A stretch of DNA of 64,000 bases from the human T2T-CHM13v2.0 reference genome, Homo sapiens: the NCBI RefSeq assembly GCF_009914755.1, contig NC_060935.1, one strand, 5' to 3'. The number at the start of each line of letters is the position of its first letter. Position 1 is the first letter of the stretch. The translations under genes were made by a program, and so were the position numbers. The notes beneath the pieces were generated by a model, which searched no databases, was not told where the DNA came from, and saw only the letters and a list, made by a program, of their open reading frames with translations. Shown here piece after piece: positions 53,237-64,000 of the stretch.

Positions 53237-56200
53237 ATTTTTTTAACTTTTAGGTTTAGGGGTACATGTACAGGATTGTTATATAAGTAAACTACCTGTC
53301 ACTGGGGTTTAGTATACAGATTATTTAGTCACGTAGGTAATAAGCATAGTACCTGATAGGTTTATTATTATTTTTTTGATCCTCTCACTCCTCACGCCCT
53401 CCACCTACAACTAGGCTGCAATGTCTTTTGTTCCCCTCTTTGTGTTCTCATTGTTTAGCTCCCACCTATAAATGAGAACATACAGTATATGGTTTTCTGT
53501 TCCTGTGTTGGTTTTCTCAGGATAATGGTCTCCAGCTTCATCCATGTTGCTGCAAAGGACATGGTCTCTTTCTTTCTAATGGCTGTGTAGTATTACATGG
53601 TGTATATGCATCATATTTTTTAATGCAGTCTACCGTTCATGGGCATTCAGGTTGATTTTTTGTCTTTGCTGTCTTGAATAGTGCTGTAATAAACATACAT
53701 GTGCATGTGTCTTCATGACAGAACAAGTTATATTCTTTTGGGTATATACCCCAAAATGGGATTACTGGGTTGAATAAAAGTTCTGTTTTAAGTTCTTTGA
53801 GAAATTGCCACACTGCTTTCTACAATGGCTGAAATAACTTACTTTCCCACCACCAGTGTATAATAAGTGTTCCTTTTTCTCTGCAACCTCATTAGCATGT
53901 TTTTTTTTTCACTTTTTAATAACGGTCATTCTGACTGGTATGATATAATATGTCATTGTGGTTTTGATTTGCATTTCTCTGATGACTAGTGATGTTGAAC
54001 ATTTTTCATATGCTTGATGGCCACATGTATGTCTTCTTTTGAAAGATGTCTGTTCATGTCATTTGCCCACTTATTAATGGGTTTGTTTGTTTTTTGCTTG
54101 TACATTTATTTATTATAGATTCTGAATATTAGACCTTTGTCAGATGCATAGTTTGCAAATATTTTCTGCCATTCTGTAGGTTTTCTGTTTGTTGATAGTT
54201 TCTTTTGCTGTGCAGAAGCTCTTTAGTTTAATTAGGTAATAATTGCCAATTTTTCTTTTTGTTGCAGTTGCTTTTGACATCTTCATCATGAAATTTTTGC
54301 CAAGTTCTATGCCCAGAATGTTTTTTCCTAGGTTATCTTCCAGGGTTTTTTTTTTTTTTTATAGTTTTAGGTTTTACATTTAAGTCTTTAATTTCTCTTG
54401 AGTTGATTTTTGTATATGACGTAAGGAAGGGGTCCAATTTCAATCTTCTGCCTATGGCTAGCCAGTTATCCTAGCACAGTTTATTGAATAGGGAGTTCTT
54501 TCTCTATTACTAGTTTTTGTCAGCTTTTTCAAAGTTCAGGTGGTTGTAGGTGTGTAGCATTATTTCTGGACTCTGTTCTGATCCATTGGTTTATGTGTCT
54601 ACTTTTCTACCAGTACCATGCTGTTTTGATTACCATAGCCTTGTAGTATAGTTTGTGATTCCTCTACCTTGGTCCTTTTTTCTTAGATTTGTGTTGCCTA
54701 TTTGGACTCTTTTTTGGATCCATATGAATTGTATTTATTGTCCTAATTCTGTGAAGAATGTCACTGGTAGTTTAATAGGAAGAGCATTACATTTATAAAT
54801 GGCTTTATGCAATATGGCCATTTTGATGATATTGATTCTTCCTGTCTATGAGCATGGAATGTTTTTCCACTATTTGTGTCATCTTTGATTTCTCTGAGCA
54901 GTGTTTTAAAATTCTCATTGTGGAGAGCTTTCCTTTTCCTGGTTAGCTATATTCCTAGGCATTTTATTCTTTTTGTGGCAATTGTGAATGGGATTATTTT
55001 CCAGATTTGGCTCTAAACTTAGATGTTCTTGGTTTATAGGAGTGGAACTGACTTTTGCACGTCGATTTTGTATCCCAAAACTTTGCTAAAGTTGTTGGTA
55101 ATTTCAGGGAGCTTTTCTGCAGAGACTATGGGGTTTCTGTGTGTAGAATCATAACATCTACAAACAGGGATGTATATAGCACTAAACGCCCACATTAAAA
55201 AGTTAGAAAGGTCTCCAATTAACAATTTAACATCACATCTAGAGGTAATAGAGAAATAAGGGCAAACCAACTCTAAAGCTAGCAGAAGACAAGAAATAAC
55301 CAAAATCAGAGCTAAACTGAAGGAAATTGAGATGAGAAGAGCTATACAAATAATCAACAAATCTAGGAGTTTGTTAATTGAAAACATTAATAAGATAGAG
55401 TGCTAGCTAGAGTAATAAGGGAAAAAAAAGAGGCATGTTCCAAATAAACACAATCAGAAATGACAAAGGGGATATTACCACCGACCCCAAATAAATACAA
55501 AAATTTCTCAGAGACTACTATAAACAAGTTTTTGAACACAAACTAGAAAAGCTAGAAAAAAATGAATAAATTCCTGGACACATACAACCTCCTAAACTGA
55601 ACCAGAAAGCAATCGAATGTCTTAACCAACCAGTAATGAGTTCCAAAATTGAATCAATAAAACAGCCTACTCACCAAAGAAAGCCAGCACTAGAGGAATT
55701 CACAGCTTAATTCTACCTAGAGATGTATAAAAAAAAGCTGGTACCAATCCTACTGAAACTATTACAAAAAATTGAGGAGGAAGGACTCCTCCATAACTCA
55801 TTCTGTGTGGCCAACATTATCCTGATACCAAAACCTGGCAGAGATGCAACATAAAAGAAAATTTAAGACCAGTATTCTTGATGAATTAAAAATCATCAAC
55901 AAGGTACTATAAAACCGAATCCAGCAGCACATTAGAAAGCTAATGCATCATGATCAAGTAGACTTCATTCCTGGGACATAAGGTTGGTTCAACATTTGCC
56001 AATCAATAAATGTCATTCATCACATCAACAGAACTAAAAAAAAAACCAGATTATTTCAGTAGGTGCAAGAATGGCTTTTGATAAAATTTTACATCCCTGC
56101 ATGTTAAAAACCCTCAATATACTAGGCAATAAAGAAACTTACTTCTAAATAATAAGAGCCATCTATGACAAACCCACAACCAGGATCATACTGAATGGGT

Positions 56201-56355
56201 AAAAGCTGGAAGCATTTCCCTGAAAACTGGAAGAGGACAAGGATGCTCTCTCTCTCACCACTCCTATTCAACATAGTGTTGTAAGTCCTGGCTAGAGAAA
56301 TTAGGCAAGAGAAAGAAATTACAGGCATCCAGCTAGGAAGAAAGAAAGCCAAACT
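53237..56355 (-). mobile_element. L1PA16-like element with 5' inversion (53237-55171 antisense, 55172-56355 sense)
   Basis: L1PA16-type 3'UTR; orientation flips at 'caaacagggat|gtatatagcactaaa'; TSD acattatt at 53229 and 56356. Confidence 0.93.
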
Positions 56356-57659
56356 ACATTATTTTAAATCCTATCAATTTCAATTTTGAAATTTTTGCTA
56401 CAAAAATGTTATCACTAGACCGTCATTAAAATAAAAAATTTACCACTTGCATAAAAAATACATTATTTTCACTTTTAATAGTCTTCTATGTTTAATATAT
56501 TCTCTTAAATGGAATTTTTGACTTTTAACATCACAAACTCAAATGATCCAAGGTACAATGAAAATGGTAATACCATTATATCATTAAGTAATCTACAAAA
56601 TGAGAAATAAAAATGAGGCTCTAATTCGTACAATTCCACTTACATGTTCAGAAATTGTATTCTGCTTCAAATTTTGCCCTTCTTATACAGGTTAGAAGAT
56701 GATAAAGGATTCTAAATTCTTATTATTTATTGGCTATGATCTGCACTGATAATAGTAATTTAACCAGGGCTGCGATTTTGGGGAGCAATGTTCTATAGGG
56801 ATATTAAATCTGTTTTTAATTATTGGCTTTTTATTAGGCAATTTTATTAACAGATTCAGTAAAAAATGTCCACCGCAGCTCAATAACCGAATGATCTTCT
56901 AATTAATCTATTAGTGCCTTTTAAGTATTCTTACTGTTCAGGCGTATGTCATGTTGAACAGTAAAATAGAACTTGAAATGTTAATATTAGCAGGACTAGT
57001 TCTATCCCCAAATCTCTGCTGCCTTCAAACTTCTGTTGAAGGAGCTCTATTGAAATTAGCAAGCTCCTCTGTGTCATACTTTCAGTATTTTATTAGGAGT
57101 GTGACTAAAGTTGAGAGGCAAGAGATACTGCAGAAAATTTGTGAAGCTCTCTGTTCAGCCTTCTCCTGAATAGGTAGAGGAACTGGTATGTACAAGGTGT
57201 AATGTGTGGTGTTTCTCTCTCTTTGGTCCAAGCAGTGACTGCTGAATGTCCAACCAGGTAAGAGCGTAATGATAAAAATGAAGTTGGGGTTGGGGAAAAA
57301 GTCCTGGGTCTATTTTAGGGTGGCAAGTTGCTACTACATATCAAGGCAAACTGTAGCACCCAGGATGCATAAGCAATGAAAACTACAAGTGTTCATCTCT
57401 CAGCCAGTTGTATGAAAATTCTACATTCCTGTCGGTTATTATCACTTTAACCTTTCAAAATTCAAATTTTTCTCTCTAATAGATATGTAGATTTATAGGC
57501 TCTGCTTCTATTCCTCTTTGCTGTATTATCTTCCACTGGATGTCAGTTAAACTTTCACAATTTTAGAGTTATATGATCTGTCTCCTTTCTATACATCACT
57601 TTACAAAATGTCAGAGCCCAGGAGGAATTTGAGTCTGAGACTCCTGGTAGGAAGTGGCA

Positions 57660-58560
57660 CTCTCAGGGAGCCATGCCATTTTCTTTATGGCTACCATTAC
57701 TATCTATGTATTGATGACTTTTTCTTTCCTTTTCTTTACTCCCAATTCCAACTTACCTCTACAGCTTCAGAACTCAATAGTTCATGGTCTGTTTCATATT
57801 TTTATATGAAGCACCCCCATATACTTCAAATTCACATGCCCCAAACAGAACCCATTATAGCCTACTTGCTCTTATATTTATTACTTCGCTCATGCTTCTT
57901 CCTCACTTACATCTTTACCATTGAAAAAGTAAATTTAAAAATGTATTGCATGATTTTCTTCTTTTTTCTTTTTGTGTCTGTCTTCAATGTCATAAATGTT
58001 CATCTACAATGTAGATTCAGCCACAAACCTGGATGTCATCTGTTACTCCATACTATATATTTTCAACTACAACTATCAGTCTAATATTATCTTCTCATCC
58101 GGACTGCTTGAGACATGTAGTATGCTTCTAGTCTTGCCCTTTTGTTAGCCAGAGTGAGCCCACTGATCTAACAACAGAAACCCCTTCTCTTGCTCCCCAC
58201 TGCCACTAGGGTCAGTGCTAACTCCATTGCATAAGACAGTCCTCTTCAAGATCTCACTTCACCAGTTCTCTGCAGTTTCTCTCTGGTCGGTGTTCTAGCG
58301 CACTGCAATCCTGATAAGCTGTATCCACATCAGATTCCTATTCCTTCGGCTCTTTGCACTTGCAACCTTCTCAACTTGAATCACTGCCCCACCCTTCACT
58401 CACCTCTGCACTATATTAATTGTCCTTCAAGATATCCATTATATGCCATTCCCCTTACAAAGCATTCCTTGACCTTTAGGGCTGTGTGAGGTATTTTGTC
58501 CAGTGGTATCCTCCATTAACGTCTTTATCACATATGACAACTATGTGACATGGAGTAAGA
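57660..58560 (+). mobile_element. Highly diverged L2 fragments
   Basis: 'ccattactatctatgtattgatgact', 'cttcaaattcacatgccccaaacagaac', 'ctctttgcacttgc'. Confidence 0.45.
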
Positions 58561-59681
58561 TTCAATAATTTCATTCTTATTTATCTAGCTTGCTTTTTTA
58601 GGGCTAACTTTCTTCAGGGCTCTCTACTGGGCTTAGAAGGTGTTAATAGTTTTTATTTATAAGATTGAATTAATGATGAGCAATATAATAAATAAATATG
58701 TTGTAATATAAATGGTTGATAATCACTTTACAGATGATCAACCTCATTCCAATAACATTAAAAGAAATATAAACAGGAGAACTGTCCACTGTCATGGAAA
58801 AGGGACTGAAGCCAGAGAGCCAAACATCCTCACTCAGAGGGTCCCACGCCCACAGAACCCCACAAGCTGAGACCCACTGGGTTGAAATCCCTGGTGGCCA
58901 GCACAGCAGCCTGGAGTCTGCCTAAGACTACCGAGTTCATGGTGGGAGGGGTGACCGCCACTACTGTGGCTCTAGTAGGCAGTTCTCTCCAGCTAGTGCT
59001 ACGGAGACTGGGATGTTTGGACTGGGTGGTACTCCCCACAGCGTAGCACAGCAGCTGTGGCAGATCACGGCCAGACTGCTTCTTTAGGTGGGACCCAGAT
59101 TCATCCCTTCTCACTGGGCAGGGCCTCACACATGAATTCCAGCAATTCCAGCCAGGCCTTTACAGACAGAATTGTCCTCTGCCAGGGACAGAGCACATGG
59201 CAGGAGGAGCGGCCAAGGTGTCAAGTTCAGTGGGCTTAATCTTTCCCGTCTGCTGGCCGATCTAGAGGAGGGGGACTCCCCCAGCACAGCACAACGGCTC
59301 TGCTAAAAGATATACAAACTACTTCCTTAAGTGGGTCCCTCATCCTGTGCCTCCTGACTGGGTGAGACCTCCCAACAGGGGTCACCAGACACCTCATACA
59401 GGAGAGTTATGGCTGGCATCAGGTCGGTGCCCCTCTGGGATGAAGCTTCCAGAGGTAGGAGCAGGCAGCAATCTTTGATGTTCTACAGCCTCCACTGGTG
59501 ATATCCAGGTGAACAGGATCTGGAGTAGACCCCCAGCACACTGCAGCAGACCTGCAGAGGAGGACCGTGACTGTTAGAAGAAAAACAAACAGAAAGCAAC
59601 AACAGCAGCAGCATCAACAAAAACCCCATACAAACCCTATCCGAAGATTGACAGCCTCCAAGATTAAAGATAGATAAATCC

Positions 59682-60731
59682 ATGAAAATAAGGAAAAACC
59701 AAGCAAAAATGCTGAAAATTTCAAAAGCCAGAAATGCCTCTTCTTCTCCAAACACTTCTCCAGCAAGGCCACAGAACGGGGATGAAGTTGAGATGGGTGA
59801 ACTGACAGAAGTAGGCTTCGGAAAGTGGATAATAATAAACTTCGCTGAACTAAAGGATTATGTTCTAACCCAATGCAAAGAAACTAAGAACCATGATAAA
59901 AGATTACAGGAATCTGTTAACTAGAATAACCAGTTTAGAGAGGAACATAAATGACCTGATGGAGCTGAAGAACATAGCACGAGAACTCTGTGATGCAAAC
60001 ACAGGTATCAATAGCTGAATTGACCAGGCAGAAGAGAGACTATCACAGCTTGAAGGCCATCTTGCTGAAATAAGGCAGGAAGAAAAGATTATAGAAAAAA
60101 TAAAGAAAAGGAATAATAATAGAAAACAAACCTCTGAGAACTATGGGACTATGTAAAAAGACCAAACCTACAACTCACTGAAGTACCTGAAAGAGACAGG
60201 GAGAATGGAAGCAAGTTGGAAAAGACACTTCAGGATACTATCCAGGAGAATTTATTTAACCTAGCAAGACAGGCCAACATTAAAATTCAGAAAATCCAGA
60301 GAAACCCAGTAAGATATTCCACGAGAAGATCTACTGCAAGACACATAACCTTCACATTCTCCAAGGTCAAAATACAGGAAAAAATGTTAAGGGCAATCAG
60401 AGAGAAAGGCCAGGTAACCTAAAAAGGGAAACCCATCAGACTAACAGTGGACTTCTGAGTGGAAAGCCTACAAGTCAGAAGAGATTGGGAGCCAATATTC
60501 AATATCCTTGAAGAAAATAGCTCCCAATCCAGAATTTCATATCCAGCCAAACTAAGCTTCGTAAGTGAAGGACAAATAAAATCCTTTTCAGGCAAGCAAA
60601 TGCTGAGGGACTTCATCACCACCAGGCCTGCCATGCAAGAGCTTCTGAAGAAAGCACTAAGCATGAAAAGGAGAAAGTGTTACCAGCCACTACAGAAACA
60701 CACTGAAGTACACAGACCAACAACACTATGA
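59682..60731 (+). pseudogene. Disrupted L1 ORF1p (coiled-coil/RRM/CTD)
   Basis: Fragments 'ELTEVGFGKWIIINFAELK', 'LQDTIQENLFNLARQANI', 'RISYPAKLSFVSEG'; stops and frameshifts between them. Confidence 0.92.
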
Positions 60732-60773
60732 AGCAATTACATTAACAAGTCTGAAAATTAACCAGCCAACATT

Positions 60774-64000
<3,227 letters not shown>

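Noticed and set aside
57608-58084. 158-aa ORF
   Set aside because: F/Y/L-biased translation of T-rich, L2-like sequence with no recognisable domain or splice context.

Overview
AT-rich, CpG-depleted primate genomic DNA (human or great ape, judged from AluY copies), either intergenic or deep intronic. There is no CpG island and I can support no protein-coding exon. The supplied ORFs are L1 remnants, Alu/LTR read-throughs, low-complexity artefacts or chance ORFs. The window contains 9 Alu/FLAM copies, L1 fragments ranging from L1ME to L1PA4/5, a long decayed L1PA-type element running off the right edge, a complete THE1C MaLR provirus, solo LTRs, DNA-transposon relics (Tigger3, MER6, MER20, MER91, MER5) and MIR/L2 fragments. 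The most notable structure is a 3'-truncated 7SK snRNA retrocopy fused 5'-to-5', through a 4-nt ATCT microhomology, to a 5'-truncated L1PA15-like element (49.8-51.1 kb). This is consistent with twin priming on two different RNAs. Other points of interest are two classical L1 5'-inversions, a nested 45-bp-arm palindrome, a perfect 77-bp tandem duplication and a Tigger3/MER6/MST nest reshaped by deletions. Repeat subfamily names come from recalled consensus sequences, not from a search, and boundaries of the older elements are approximate.
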